Of a stretch of 64,000 nt of DNA, positions 54,403 through 63,930 are shown one piece after another. Both the position numbers and the translations under genes were made by a program. Source of the stretch: Candidatus Eiseniibacteriota bacterium (GTDB lineage: Bacteria > Orphanbacterota > Orphanbacteria > Orphanbacterales > Orphanbacteraceae); the NCBI GenBank assembly GCA_043809585.1, contig JBDROZ010000013.1, positions 3,928-67,927 of the forward strand, given 5' to 3'. Position 1 is the first letter of the stretch; the number at the start of each line of letters is the position of its first letter. The notes under the pieces were generated by a model. The model ran no database searches and was not told the origin of the DNA. It was given only the letters and a program-made list of their open reading frames with translations.

Positions 54403-54499
54403 ACTTGTGGATACGCTACCGATCCGCGATGGAACGCTCCCCACGCGTTTCCCCCGAACCCATTATTGGGAATCCCCTTGAGAGAAACCGGGTAACATC

Positions 54500-55471
54500 A
54501 TGAAGACGCTCAAGATCCTTGCTCTACTGCTGCTCGGAGCCGCGACGGAGGCGTATCCTTCCGCCAAGTATGCCGGCGAGTTCCTCGCGACCGGGATCGG
54601 CGCCCGGGCCCTCGGCATGGGGGGTGCCTTCGTCTCCGTCGCCGACGACGCGACCGCGGGTTACTGGAACCCGGCGGGGATGATCTACGTCCAGCGCCGG
54701 GAAGCGGTCTTCATGCATTCCGAGCGGTTCGGCGACCTCATCAACTACGATGCCGGGAGCTTTGTCCAGCAACTCGGCTCCGACAACGCGAGCCGGTCCG
54801 CCTTCGGTTTCTCCTTCATCCGCCTCGGCGTGGACGACATCAAGTACACGAAAGAAGACCCGACCACCTCCCGGATCATCGTCGACCGGACCGTGAGCGA
54901 CAGCGAATCGGGGTTCTTCCTCTCCTACGCGCGGCTCTACACGAACCGGATCGCCGTGGGGGGAAGCGCGAAGATACTCAGGAAGAGCGTCGGCGACGAC
55001 TCGGCCATCGGCCTCGGCTTCGACGTGGGCGCCCTGGTCCGCCCCTGGCGGCGCCTCTCGCTCGGCCTGAACGTCCAGGACGCCACCACCACCTTCCTCG
55101 CGTGGGACACGGAGACCGAGACGATCCTCCCGACCGTGAAGTTCGGGCTCTCCTATCCGTTCCCGATTCCTTCGATCGGAGGCAGGCTGACCGTCGCCGC
55201 CGATCTCGACGCCCGCTTCGAGGGGAGGAAGTACTCCACCGCCTACTGGCTCGGCAGCGCGAGCGCCGATCTCCGTCTCGGCCTCGAGTACTGGTACCGG
55301 AACGTTCTCGCCCTCAGGGTCGGGCAGGAGCGGTCCCTCGAGAATGACTTCAGCGCCGGCGCGGGGCTCCGAATCCCCATGTCGGGCGTTCTTCTCGGAC
55401 TCGATTACGCCTTCCTCGAGAACTCGGACCTCGACGACACCCATCGGGTCTCGGGCTCCCTCGTCTTCTAG
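54500..55471 (+). CDS. outer-membrane beta-barrel protein, PorV/PorQ-like (FadL-like) family
   Basis: Signal peptide MKTLKILALLLLGAATEA. GARALGMGGAFVSVADDATAGYWNPAGM block. Alternating beta-strand pattern and a terminal aromatic residue (SGSLVF). Confidence 0.6.
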   Translation: MKTLKILALLLLGAATEAYPSAKYAGEFLATGIGARALGMGGAFVSVADDATAGYWNPAGMIYVQRREAVFMHSERFGDLINYDAGSFVQQLGSDNASRSAFGFSFIRLGVDDIKYTKEDPTTSRIIVDRTVSDSESGFFLSYARLYTNRIAVGGSAKILRKSVGDDSAIGLGFDVGALVRPWRRLSLGLNVQDATTTFLAWDTETETILPTVKFGLSYPFPIPSIGGRLTVAADLDARFEGRKYSTAYWLGSASADLRLGLEYWYRNVLALRVGQERSLENDFSAGAGLRIPMSGVLLGLDYAFLENSDLDDTHRVSGSLVF

Positions 55472-55533
55472 CCCGGATCCCGCGCGGAATCCCGCCACGA
55501 GGATCCGAGGCGGGAGGCGTGCCGGGAATCGCG

Positions 55534-55563
55534 TTGACAGGCGCCCGGCGGGGGTCCTACAAT
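55534..55563 (+). promoter_or_regulatory. consensus sigma70 promoter for lapA-lapB
   Basis: TTGACA-18 nt-TACAAT, 45 nt upstream of GTG 55609. Confidence 0.55.
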
Positions 55564-55608
55564 CCCCGCGCGGACAAGAACATTCCCTCCGCGGAAAGCG
55601 AGTGAGTC

Positions 55609-55944
55609 GTGGGTCGGATCTTCACCTCATTCCTGCTGCTGCTGGTCCTCTTGCTCGTGCTCGGGATCGCCGTGCTGAACCCGGATCCCCGGGTGGAACT
55701 GAACCTCCTCTTCGGGAAGTTCACCGAGGTGCCCCTCGTGCTCGCCCTTTTCGTGGCCTTCCTCCTCGGATCGGTGTTCACCTTCTTTTACCTGATCGGT
55801 CACACCCTCAAGCTCCGGTGGAAAATCCGGGACTTGAAGACGAAGAGCCGTCAGTACGAGCAGGAGCTGATCGCCCTTCGCAACATCCCGGTCGAGGCGG
55901 ACGGTGATGACCGGGAGGAGTCGGACCTCCCGGAGGAAGGGTAG
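55609..55944 (+). CDS. lapA: lipopolysaccharide assembly protein LapA (DUF1049/YciS family)
   Basis: Two TM helices (FLLLLVLLLVLGIAVL; LVLALFVAFLLGSVFTFFYL) followed by a charged coiled tail. Immediately upstream of lapB. Confidence 0.75.
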   Translation: MGRIFTSFLLLLVLLLVLGIAVLNPDPRVELNLLFGKFTEVPLVLALFVAFLLGSVFTFFYLIGHTLKLRWKIRDLKTKSRQYEQELIALRNIPVEADGDDREESDLPEEG

Positions 55945-55955
55945 GCGACCGCCCG

Positions 55956-57155
55956 ATGATGTCTTCCTTGGACTCCTCCAGTATCTCCGCGATTCTCGTG
56001 CCGGCGGTCATCCTGCTCCTCCTGATCGGCGTCGTTCTCGTCGTGCTCCGTCTCCGCCGCTCCCCCGAGCCCCGCTCCCGTTACGTGGAGGCCCTGAACG
56101 CGCTCCTCGAGGGGGACGACGAGGCGGCCCTCCGGGACCTCCGCCAGACGGTGCAGACGGAACCGACCAACACGGATGCCTACCTCCGTCTGGGCAACCT
56201 TCTCCGCAAGCGGGGGCATTGGGAGAGGGCCCTCCGGATCCACCGGGACCTCGACGTGGAGACGTTCTTCCGAAAGAAGCTCTCCCCCGAGGAGAAGCGC
56301 CGGATCCGGGAGGCCATCGCCGACGATCTTCTCGCGGCGCGACGGACCGACGAAGCCCTCGGCGTGCTCGGCGATCTCCTCGGCCGGAACAAGGAGAACC
56401 GGAAGATCCGGGCCAAGATGATCTCCATTCACGAGCGGAGCGGCCATTGGGACAAGGCATACGAGCTGTACAAAGAGGGACTGAAACTACAGAAGGAGCA
56501 TTCGAAGGAGCGGCTCGCCCGTTATCGCTCGTTCTGCGGCGCCTCCTACCTCGAGTCGGGGAACACGGAGTATGCGAAGCAGGTCTTTCTCGAGACGCTG
56601 AGGCTGGACGAGGACAACCAGGAAGCCCTCTACCGGCTCGGCGAGATTTACTTCGACGGGGCGGAGCTGGATCAGGCGATCCTCTACTGGGAACGGTTCC
56701 ACATGGCCGCCCCCGAACACGCCTGGATGACCTACGAGCGATTCGAGACCGCCCTTTACGAGACGGGAAATCTGAACCACATGGAGGAGGTCTACAGCGC
56801 GGTCCTCGCCAAGGCGCCGAGCGAGGTGCGGACCCTCCTCGCCCTCTCCACCTTCCACGCCCGCCGGGGCGAGGACGAGAAGGCGATCGGACTCGCCCGC
56901 CGGGCGGTCGAGGGGAACCTCTCCTCGGCGGCGGCGCGGAGCCGGTTTGCGGTCCTCGTAGGCGAAACCCGCCCACCCGAAGAAGCCGTGGAAGAGATCG
57001 TCGGCTTTTTGAAAAAGAACCCACCCCCCGCCGGCGCTCCCGCCTGCTCCCGGTGCGGATACCGCTCCGAGGGAGCGTTCTGGAGGTGTCCCCAGTGCCT
57101 GATGTGGAACACGCTGGTCTCCGACCCCCCGCCGTCCTCCCCCGGCTCCTCCTGA
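55956..57155 (+). CDS. lapB: lipopolysaccharide assembly protein LapB (YciM): TM + TPR repeats + rubredoxin-like zinc finger
   Basis: N-terminal TM, TPR repeats (DAYLRLGNLLRKRGHWERALRIH...), C-terminal CSRCGYRSEGAFWRCPQCLMWNT. Confidence 0.85.
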   Translation: MMSSLDSSSISAILVPAVILLLLIGVVLVVLRLRRSPEPRSRYVEALNALLEGDDEAALRDLRQTVQTEPTNTDAYLRLGNLLRKRGHWERALRIHRDLDVETFFRKKLSPEEKRRIREAIADDLLAARRTDEALGVLGDLLGRNKENRKIRAKMISIHERSGHWDKAYELYKEGLKLQKEHSKERLARYRSFCGASYLESGNTEYAKQVFLETLRLDEDNQEALYRLGEIYFDGAELDQAILYWERFHMAAPEHAWMTYERFETALYETGNLNHMEEVYSAVLAKAPSEVRTLLALSTFHARRGEDEKAIGLARRAVEGNLSSAAARSRFAVLVGETRPPEEAVEEIVGFLKKNPPPAGAPACSRCGYRSEGAFWRCPQCLMWNTLVSDPPPSSPGSS

Positions 57156-58120
57156 TCTTCTCTCTTCTGGCGATCACCGGCGCCGCCCGGGGGGAAATCT
57201 CGTTCCCGGAGGCGGACGCCCTCGTGGCGGAGGGGTCGATCGAGAAAGCCCGGGCCGCCCTCTTGAAGGCGGCGGAGGAGAACGCCGGCACCGAGAGAGA
57301 GTGGGAAGCCCTCTTCGCCCTGAACGAACTGGAACGGGAGGGGGGAAGGTACATCGGGCGTCTCCTGGAGCTCGCGGACCTCTGGGGGAAGCCGGAGGTC
57401 TTTCTCGCCCTCGGCCGCTACCGGTACGCCGTGGGCGCCTACGATTCGGCGGAGGAGGACTTCCGCCGCGCCGAAGACGCCCTGGGGGGAACCGCCCGCC
57501 GGGAAGCGCAGATCTGGCGCGGCGTCGCCGCCGCCGCCGCCGGGCGGGAGGACGAAGGTCTCGAGCTTCTCCTCGACGCCCTGAAACATCCCGAAGGAAG
57601 CGACGAATCGAAGGCGCGATTCCTCGCCGCCCAGATCTGCCGGAACCGGGAAGACTACGACGGGTGCGTCCGCATTCTCGGGCCGGTCCTCACCGGAGAG
57701 AGCGACTATCTCCGCCCCGCGCTCCTTCTCTACGCCCGGGTCCTCGAAGCACGGGGCGATCCCGAACGGGCCCGGACGCGCTACGCCGAAGTGATCGACC
57801 GGTTTCCCGGGAGCGGGGAAGCGGAAGAGGCCCGGCGCGCCCTGGCCGTCATGGTTCGGACCGTGGAGGCGCCGGCCCCCGGCTTCTGGGTGCAGATCGC
57901 CTCCTTCGAGAGCGAGGAGAACGCCCGGCGTTTCACGTCCGACCGGCGTTCCGCCGGCACGGGGGCCGTGGAGGTCCACCGGGCGCTCAGGGACGAGACG
58001 CCCGTCTACCCCGTCCGAGTCGGGCCGTTCGAGACCGCGGAGGAGGCGGAGCGGGCGAAGGGGACTTTGGAGAACCAGGGGCTTCCGGGCCATGTGGTCG
58101 AGGTGCGGGAGGGGAACTGA
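57104..58120 (+). CDS. TPR-repeat protein with C-terminal SPOR domain
   Basis: Signal/TM LPRLLLIFSLLAITGAARG, TPR-like helices, C-terminal GFWVQIASFESEENARRF...YPVRVGPFETAEEAERAKGTLENQGLPGHVV. GTG 57104 or 57086 as start. Overlaps the lapB 3' end in another frame. Confidence 0.65.
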   Translation: MEHAGLRPPAVLPRLLLIFSLLAITGAARGEISFPEADALVAEGSIEKARAALLKAAEENAGTEREWEALFALNELEREGGRYIGRLLELADLWGKPEVFLALGRYRYAVGAYDSAEEDFRRAEDALGGTARREAQIWRGVAAAAAGREDEGLELLLDALKHPEGSDESKARFLAAQICRNREDYDGCVRILGPVLTGESDYLRPALLLYARVLEARGDPERARTRYAEVIDRFPGSGEAEEARRALAVMVRTVEAPAPGFWVQIASFESEENARRFTSDRRSAGTGAVEVHRALRDETPVYPVRVGPFETAEEAERAKGTLENQGLPGHVVEVREGN

Positions 58121-58140
58121 TTTTGGAAGCCTCGACCCCG

Positions 58141-60732
58141 ATGATGCGCCAGTACTGGAAGATCAAGGAACGCTACAAGGACGCGATCCTCTTCTTCCGC
58201 ATGGGCGACTTCTACGAGATGTTCCACGAGGACGCCGAAACGGCCTCCCGGGTCCTCGGTCTCACCCTCACCTCCCGCTCCAAAGGGGAAGGCTCTTCGA
58301 TCCCTCTCGCCGGCGTTCCGTGGCACAAAGCGGATCATTACATCGACCGCCTCCTGAAGGCGGGATTCAAGGTCGCCGTCTGCGACCAGACAGAGGACCC
58401 GAAGAAGGCGAAGGGCCTCGTGAAGCGGGAGGTGACGGAAGTCGTCACTCCGGGCACGGCCCTCGCGGGCGCCCTCCTCGAACGGAAGAAGCCGAACTAT
58501 CTCGTCGCCCTCGCGCCGGGGGGCAAGGGGGAGGACCGGCCGGTGGGCGTGGCGGCCATGGACCTCACCACCGGCGACTTCCGCATCGGCGAGATCCCCC
58601 GGCACGATCTCGCGGAGGAGGTCGCCACCTTCGACCCGGCGGAGATGCTCCTGCCGAAGGGAGCGGACCACTTCCTCGGCCCCTTCGACCGGGGGGAGCG
58701 GAACCCGGTGATCACCGCGATCGACGAATGGCATTTCGACGCCGACTCGGGGGAGCGGGCGCTCCGGGACCACTTCGGCGCCCTGACCCTCGAAGGATTC
58801 GGTTGCGACGGCCTCCGCCTCGGGATCGCCGCCGGAGGGGCGCTGTTCGATTATCTCCGGGAGCTCGGAAGGACCGACCTCCGACACGTCGACCGGATTC
58901 TGCCGATCCGCACCGCCGACCACCTCGTGCTCGACGAGACGACGCGCCGGAACCTCGAGATCTTCCGCCCCCTCCGAGAGCGGGCGGATGGATCCACGCT
59001 CCTCTCGGTGATCGACGAGACGGCGACGCCCATGGGCGGCCGCCTTCTCCGGGACTGGCTGATCCGGCCCCTCGTGGACCCGGCGGCGATCGAAGCGCGG
59101 CTCGGCGCGGTGGACGAGGGGGTGCGGCGATCGGCGTGGCGGGAGGAAGCCCGGGAGATCCTCGGGCGCTTCGGAGACCTCGAGCGACTCGCCGGAAAGA
59201 TCGTGCTCGGCCGGGGGGGGCCCCGGGACCTGGTGGCCCTCGGCGGCACGCTCCGGCTCGTTCCCCTCCTCGCGGCGCGGATCGGCGACGCGGAGAGCCC
59301 GGAGATCCGGGGCCTCACGGAACGGCTCGAACCGTTGGACGAGATCGCGGACCTCATCGCGAGGGCGGTCGTCGATGAGCCTCCTCTCGGCACGAAGGAG
59401 GGGGGGATCATCCGGGCCGGCTACCACGCCGAGATCGACGAGCTCCGCTCCGTCGGCGCCGACGGCAAGAACTGGGTCGCCTCCTTCCAGAAGAAGGAGC
59501 GGGAGAGGACCGGCATCCCGAGCCTGAAGGTCGGCTTCAACAAGGTTTTCGGCTACTACATCGAGATCTCCAAGGCCCGCTCCGAAGCCATCCCCCCGAC
59601 CTACGTCCGCAAGCAGACCCTCGTGAACGCGGAGCGATATATCACCCCCGATCTGAAGGAGCAGGAGGAGAGAATTCTCGGCGCCGAAGAGCGGATCCGG
59701 GCGCTCGAGGAAGAACTCTTTCTCGAAGTGCGGGGGAGGGTGGCGGAGGAGACGGTGCGGATCCGCCGCCTCGGCGAGACGGCGGCCGCCCTCGACGTGC
59801 TCCTCTCCTTCGCGGAGACGGCGGTCCGGAGGAAGTACCGGAGGCCGAAAGTGGACGGGAGGAGCCGGATCCGGATCGTGAAGGGACGGCACCCGGTCGT
59901 CGAGGCCCTCCTCGGGCCGGGCGAGTTCATTCCGAACGACACGGAGATCGACGCCGCGGACGGCCAGATCCACATCCTCACCGGGCCGAACATGGCGGGG
60001 AAATCGACCTACCTCCGGCAGACGGCGCTCATCCAGATCCTCGCCCAGGTCGGTTCGTTCGTCCCCGCCGACGAAGCGGAGCTCGGCGCGGCGGACCGGG
60101 TTTTCACGCGGGTCGGCGCGTCGGACGATCTCGCCCGGGGGCGGAGCACGTTTCTCGTGGAGATGACCGAGACCGCCAACATCCTCCACAACGCGACGGA
60201 GCGCTCCCTGGTTCTGCTCGACGAGATCGGCCGGGGGACGTCCACCTTCGACGGCGTCTCCATCGCCTGGGCCGTGGTCGAGCACCTCCATCGGGACCCC
60301 GAGAAGGGTCCGATGACCCTCTTCGCGACCCACTACCACGAACTGGCCGTGCTCGCGTCGAAGCTGGAACGGGTGCGCAACTTCTCCGTGCTCGTGAAAG
60401 AGTGGGGGCACTCGGTGGTCTTCCTCCGGCAGGTCGTGCCGGGGAGCGTCGACCGGAGTTACGGGATCCAGGTGGCGCGCCTCGCGGGACTCCCGGACGA
60501 AGTGATCCGCCGGGCCCGGGAAGTGCTCGCCCACCTCGAGAGGGAACACACGACCACTCCGGCCGACGTGCTCGGCCGGGACATTCCGAAGCAGATATCC
60601 CTCTTCCGGAGCGAAGGGGAAGTGATCGCCGACGAGATTCGGGAGACCGATCCGGACAGGATCACGCCCGTCGAGGCGTCCGAGAGGATCCGGGCGTGGA
60701 GGGAGCGGCTCCGGAGCGGGGGGGAGGGATAG
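58141..60732 (+). CDS. mutS: DNA mismatch repair protein MutS
   Basis: MMRQYWKIKERYKDAILFFRMGDFYEMFHEDA, Walker A GPNMAGKST, STFLVEM, DEIGRGTSTFDG. Confidence 0.95.
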   Translation: MMRQYWKIKERYKDAILFFRMGDFYEMFHEDAETASRVLGLTLTSRSKGEGSSIPLAGVPWHKADHYIDRLLKAGFKVAVCDQTEDPKKAKGLVKREVTEVVTPGTALAGALLERKKPNYLVALAPGGKGEDRPVGVAAMDLTTGDFRIGEIPRHDLAEEVATFDPAEMLLPKGADHFLGPFDRGERNPVITAIDEWHFDADSGERALRDHFGALTLEGFGCDGLRLGIAAGGALFDYLRELGRTDLRHVDRILPIRTADHLVLDETTRRNLEIFRPLRERADGSTLLSVIDETATPMGGRLLRDWLIRPLVDPAAIEARLGAVDEGVRRSAWREEAREILGRFGDLERLAGKIVLGRGGPRDLVALGGTLRLVPLLAARIGDAESPEIRGLTERLEPLDEIADLIARAVVDEPPLGTKEGGIIRAGYHAEIDELRSVGADGKNWVASFQKKERERTGIPSLKVGFNKVFGYYIEISKARSEAIPPTYVRKQTLVNAERYITPDLKEQEERILGAEERIRALEEELFLEVRGRVAEETVRIRRLGETAAALDVLLSFAETAVRRKYRRPKVDGRSRIRIVKGRHPVVEALLGPGEFIPNDTEIDAADGQIHILTGPNMAGKSTYLRQTALIQILAQVGSFVPADEAELGAADRVFTRVGASDDLARGRSTFLVEMTETANILHNATERSLVLLDEIGRGTSTFDGVSIAWAVVEHLHRDPEKGPMTLFATHYHELAVLASKLERVRNFSVLVKEWGHSVVFLRQVVPGSVDRSYGIQVARLAGLPDEVIRRAREVLAHLEREHTTTPADVLGRDIPKQISLFRSEGEVIADEIRETDPDRITPVEASERIRAWRERLRSGGEG

Positions 60733-60734
60733 GC

Positions 60735-62501
60735 GTGCCGCGAATCCGAGTCCTCCCCGAGGTCGTCGCCAATCGAATCGCCGCCGGCGAGGTGGTGGAT
60801 CGCCCCGCGTCGGTGGCGAAGGAGCTGATCGAGAACGCCCTCGACGCGGGGGCGGCGGCGGTGACCGTGCGGATCGAGGGGAGCGGGGCGCGCCTGATCG
60901 AGGTGAGCGACGACGGCTGCGGCATGGATCCGGAAGACGCGGTGCTCGCCTTCGAGCGACACGCCACGAGCAAGATCGCGGGGGCCGACGACATCGCCAC
61001 GGTCCGCTCCTTCGGTTTCCGGGGGGAGGCCCTTCCGAGCATCGCCTCCGTTTCGGACGTGGAGCTGATCACTTCGACCGGCGCGGAGGGGGGCGGGGCG
61101 ACCCGGGTTCGCCTCCGGGGGGGCCTCGACCGCCGGGAAGACCGGGCGTCCCGGGCGCCGGGAACGACGGTTCGCATCCGGAATCTGTTTTCCAACACGC
61201 CGGCGCGAAGGAAATTCCTGAAGAGCGACCGGGCCGAAGAAGGGCATCTCCGGCGGGCGGTCATCGCCCACGCCCTCGCCCGGCCGGCCGTCGCTTTCCG
61301 ATACGTGAGGGACGCCGAAGAGGTCTTCGATCTTCCCGCGGGGGAGGACCTCCCGCTCCGCGTGGCCCGGCTCTTCGGCCGCTCTTTCGCGGATGAGCTG
61401 ATCCCGGCGGAGGGGAGGGAGCACGGTCCCCGGGTGAGCGGCCTCGTCTCGAAACCGGACACCGCCCGGGGCAACCGGTCGTACCAGTACTTCCACGTCA
61501 ACGGCCGCCCGGTGCAGCAGAACCTGCTCGTCCAGGCGGCGACGGCCCCCTACCGGGACATTCTCCCTCCCCGGCGCTACCCCGCTTTCATTCTCGCCGT
61601 CGAAATCGATCCCGAGTTCGTGGACGTGAACATCCACCCGACGAAGCGGGAGGTTCGATTCTCGCCGGAGCGCGCGGTCTTCGCCGCCGTCGACGGCGCC
61701 GTCCGCCGGGCGGTCCGCTCGGAGGCGAGCATGGGTCCCTTCTGGAAGGGCGACCGGAGGGAAGGGGGCGCCCCGCGCCATGCCGGCGCGGGCACCTCGT
61801 CCACTCTTCCTTTCGATGTCGGGAAGGAGGGCGGTTGGAGCTATCGCTCCGAAGAACCGGACGGCCCGATCGGAGGGATCGGCACGGCCGAGGAGCCCAC
61901 GCCATCGGATGAGCGGAGCTGGCTGGAGCGGGTCGACCTCGGCGGCGTCCAGCAGGTGGCGGGGACATTCCTCGTCGCGGCGGGCCCCGGCGGCGTCCTC
62001 GTGGCGGACCAGCACACCGTGCACGAGCGGATCCTCTTCGAAGAAGCGCTCCGCCGAATCGAAAGGAAGGAGGGGCACTCGCAGCGGCTCCTCTTCCCGG
62101 AGACCGTGGAGGCCGACCCGGAGATCGTGGAGGCGGCCGAGGCGCACGCCGATCTGATCGAGGCCTCGGGCTTCCTGGTCCGGCCCGCCGGCCCCCGCGC
62201 CCTCCTCCTCGAGGGGACGCCCCCCGGCCTCCGGCGACGCGATCCCGGGCGGCTCCTCGTCGACTTTCTCGAGTATCTCGTGGGCGAGGGGAAGGGGGAA
62301 AAGTCGAGGGAGAAACGGGTCGCCGCATCGATCGCGTGTCACGGCGCGGTCCGGGCGGGAGACCTCCTCACGCCGGACGAGCGGAGGGCCCTGCTTCTCC
62401 GGCTCGCCTCGTGCGACGAGCCGCTTCGCTGCCCCCACGGCCGGCCCACGTTCCTGACGATCCCGGCGGACGAGCTCGCCCGGCGTTTCTTTCGCCCATG
62501 A
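60735..62501 (+). CDS. mutL: DNA mismatch repair protein MutL
   Basis: IAAGEVVDRPASVAKELIENALDAGA, DDGCGM, FGFRGEALPSIASVS, C-terminal CPHGRPT. Confidence 0.95.
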   Translation: MPRIRVLPEVVANRIAAGEVVDRPASVAKELIENALDAGAAAVTVRIEGSGARLIEVSDDGCGMDPEDAVLAFERHATSKIAGADDIATVRSFGFRGEALPSIASVSDVELITSTGAEGGGATRVRLRGGLDRREDRASRAPGTTVRIRNLFSNTPARRKFLKSDRAEEGHLRRAVIAHALARPAVAFRYVRDAEEVFDLPAGEDLPLRVARLFGRSFADELIPAEGREHGPRVSGLVSKPDTARGNRSYQYFHVNGRPVQQNLLVQAATAPYRDILPPRRYPAFILAVEIDPEFVDVNIHPTKREVRFSPERAVFAAVDGAVRRAVRSEASMGPFWKGDRREGGAPRHAGAGTSSTLPFDVGKEGGWSYRSEEPDGPIGGIGTAEEPTPSDERSWLERVDLGGVQQVAGTFLVAAGPGGVLVADQHTVHERILFEEALRRIERKEGHSQRLLFPETVEADPEIVEAAEAHADLIEASGFLVRPAGPRALLLEGTPPGLRRRDPGRLLVDFLEYLVGEGKGEKSREKRVAASIACHGAVRAGDLLTPDERRALLLRLASCDEPLRCPHGRPTFLTIPADELARRFFRP

Positions 62502-63457
62502 ACGAAACTCTTCTTTGCGTCATTGGCCCCACGGCATCCGGGAAGACGGCCGTCGCCCTCGCCCTCGCCGAGCGACTCGGCGGCGAGATCGTCTCCGCCG
62601 ACGCGCGCCAGGTCTACCGCCGCCTCGACATCGGTACCGCGAAGCCGACGGCCGGGGAGCGGGGCCGGGCGCGGCATCATCTCCTGGACGTCGTCGACCC
62701 GGACGGCGAGTACCACGCGGGACGTTTCGTCCGGGAGGCAGAGGACGCGATCGAAGAGATACGGGGCCGGGGAAGGCGGCCGATCGTGGCGGGGGGGACC
62801 GGGCTCTACGTGCGTGCCCTCGTCCGGGGCCTGGACGTCTCCGTCGGCCGCCACCCGGAGGTCCGGGCGGTACTGGAGGCCCGGGCGGAGGCGGAGGGGC
62901 TCCTGTCCCTTCACGACGAACTCCGCCGGGTCGACCCCGAATCGGCCGCGGTGATTCATTCGAACGACCGGGTGCGCATCATACGGGCCCTCGAAGTGTA
63001 CCGCGTCTCCGGCGAGACCCGGAGCGGGCAGCACCGCCGGGGCGAGGGGAAGGTCCGCCGCCGCCATCTCCTCGCCGCCCTCGACCCGCCCCGGGCCATC
63101 CTCTATGAACGGATCGACGACCGGTTCGACACGATGATGGAGGAGGGCTTCCTCGACGAGGTCCGGAGGCTCCTTCGCGCCGGCTACGACCCCGGGCTCC
63201 CCTGTTTCCGCTCTCCCGGATACCGGGAGATGATCGCCCACCTCCGGGGGGGGCTCGATCTCGAAGAGGCCGTGGAACGGGGGAAGCGGGAGCATCGCCG
63301 GTACGCCAAGCGCCAGCCCACCTGGATCCGGGGGGAGGAGGAGGCCGTCCGGTTCGATCCCACCGGGCCCGGGGGCGTTCGCGCGGCGGCGGAGGCGATC
63401 CTCCAGGCCCTCCGGGGGGAAGAAGGACGGGGGCCGGGGACCGCCGAGGGATCTTGA
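62498..63457 (+). CDS. miaA: tRNA dimethylallyltransferase
   Basis: P-loop GPTASGKT, SADARQVYRRLDIGTAKPT, HHLLDV, GGTGLY. ATGA overlap with mutL. Confidence 0.9.
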   Translation: MNETLLCVIGPTASGKTAVALALAERLGGEIVSADARQVYRRLDIGTAKPTAGERGRARHHLLDVVDPDGEYHAGRFVREAEDAIEEIRGRGRRPIVAGGTGLYVRALVRGLDVSVGRHPEVRAVLEARAEAEGLLSLHDELRRVDPESAAVIHSNDRVRIIRALEVYRVSGETRSGQHRRGEGKVRRRHLLAALDPPRAILYERIDDRFDTMMEEGFLDEVRRLLRAGYDPGLPCFRSPGYREMIAHLRGGLDLEEAVERGKREHRRYAKRQPTWIRGEEEAVRFDPTGPGGVRAAAEAILQALRGEEGRGPGTAEGS

Positions 63458-63482
63458 CTTCCCATCCTCACGGTGGTATCCC
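63454..63482 (+). promoter_or_regulatory. possible sigma70 promoter (extended -10, weak hexamer) for tRNA-Gly(CCC)
   Basis: TTGACT-17 nt-TATCCC with TGg just upstream of the -10. The -35 overlaps the miaA stop. Confidence 0.35.
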
Positions 63483-63501
63483 TTGGTCCCAGCCCTGAGG
63501 A

Positions 63502-63576
63502 GCGGGCATAACTCAGTGGTAGAGTATCAGCTTCCCAAGCTGAGGGTCGCGGGTTCGAATCCCGTTGCCCGCTCCA
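63502..63576 (+). tRNA. tRNA-Gly (anticodon CCC), CCA encoded
   Basis: Acceptor GCGGGCA/TGCCCGC, D stem ACTC/GAGT, anticodon stem TCAGC/GCTGA with loop TTCCCAA, T arm GCGGG-TTCGAAT-CCCGT. Confidence 0.95.
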
Positions 63577-63580
63577 TTTA

Positions 63581-63624
63581 TCCCCTGACGCGAGAGTGGT
63601 TCCTACTGCGGTCCGGGATCGTGG
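63581..63624. repeat. inverted copy of a repeat of about 40 nt, 4 nt downstream of tRNA-Gly(CCC)
   Basis: TCCCCTGACGCGAGAGTGGTT matches the reverse complement of 63739-63759 at 19/21 positions. The remainder is partially similar. Confidence 0.55.
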
Positions 63625-63720
63625 CCTGCGAGGGCCGTTCTCCGTCGCCGGCTTCCTCGACATAGCTCAGGCTATGCCTCCGGGAGCCGGCTCGTCCGAA
63701 CGGGCCTCTCGGCTCGCTCC

Positions 63721-63759
63721 CCATGGACCTCGCGACGAAACCACTCTCGCGCCCGGGGA
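63721..63759. repeat. direct repeat copy 1 (39 nt)
   Basis: CCATGGACCTCGCGACGAAACCACTCTCGCGCCCGGGGA. Confidence 0.6.
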
Positions 63760-63812
63760 TGTCCCGCGCCTGCAAAGAATCGTCTCCGGACCGAAGGTTG
63801 GCGGGGATGGAA

Positions 63813-63851
63813 CCGTGGACCTCGTGACGAAACTACTCCCACGTCCGGGGA
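63813..63851. repeat. direct repeat copy 2 (39 nt; 33/39 identical to copy 1, all differences are transitions)
   Basis: CCGTGGACCTCGTGACGAAACTACTCCCACGTCCGGGGA, 92 nt after copy 1. Confidence 0.6.
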
Positions 63852-63887
63852 AGCTCTTCGCGTCCGGAGGGGGACAGGGTCCGCTGA

Positions 63888-63930
63888 GGAATGTGGGGGA
63901 CACGAAACGAGTTCATGTCCCCCACATTCC
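63888..63930. repeat. perfect 14-bp inverted repeat with a 15-nt loop
   Basis: GGAATGTGGGGGAC-acgaaacgagttcat-GTCCCCCACATTCC. No U-tract follows. Confidence 0.6.

Noticed and set aside
63721-63851. Possible CRISPR array (two 39-nt repeats 92 nt apart).
   Set aside because: Only two direct copies with 6 mismatches, plus one inverted copy. The spacing and orientation do not fit a CRISPR array, and there are no cas genes.
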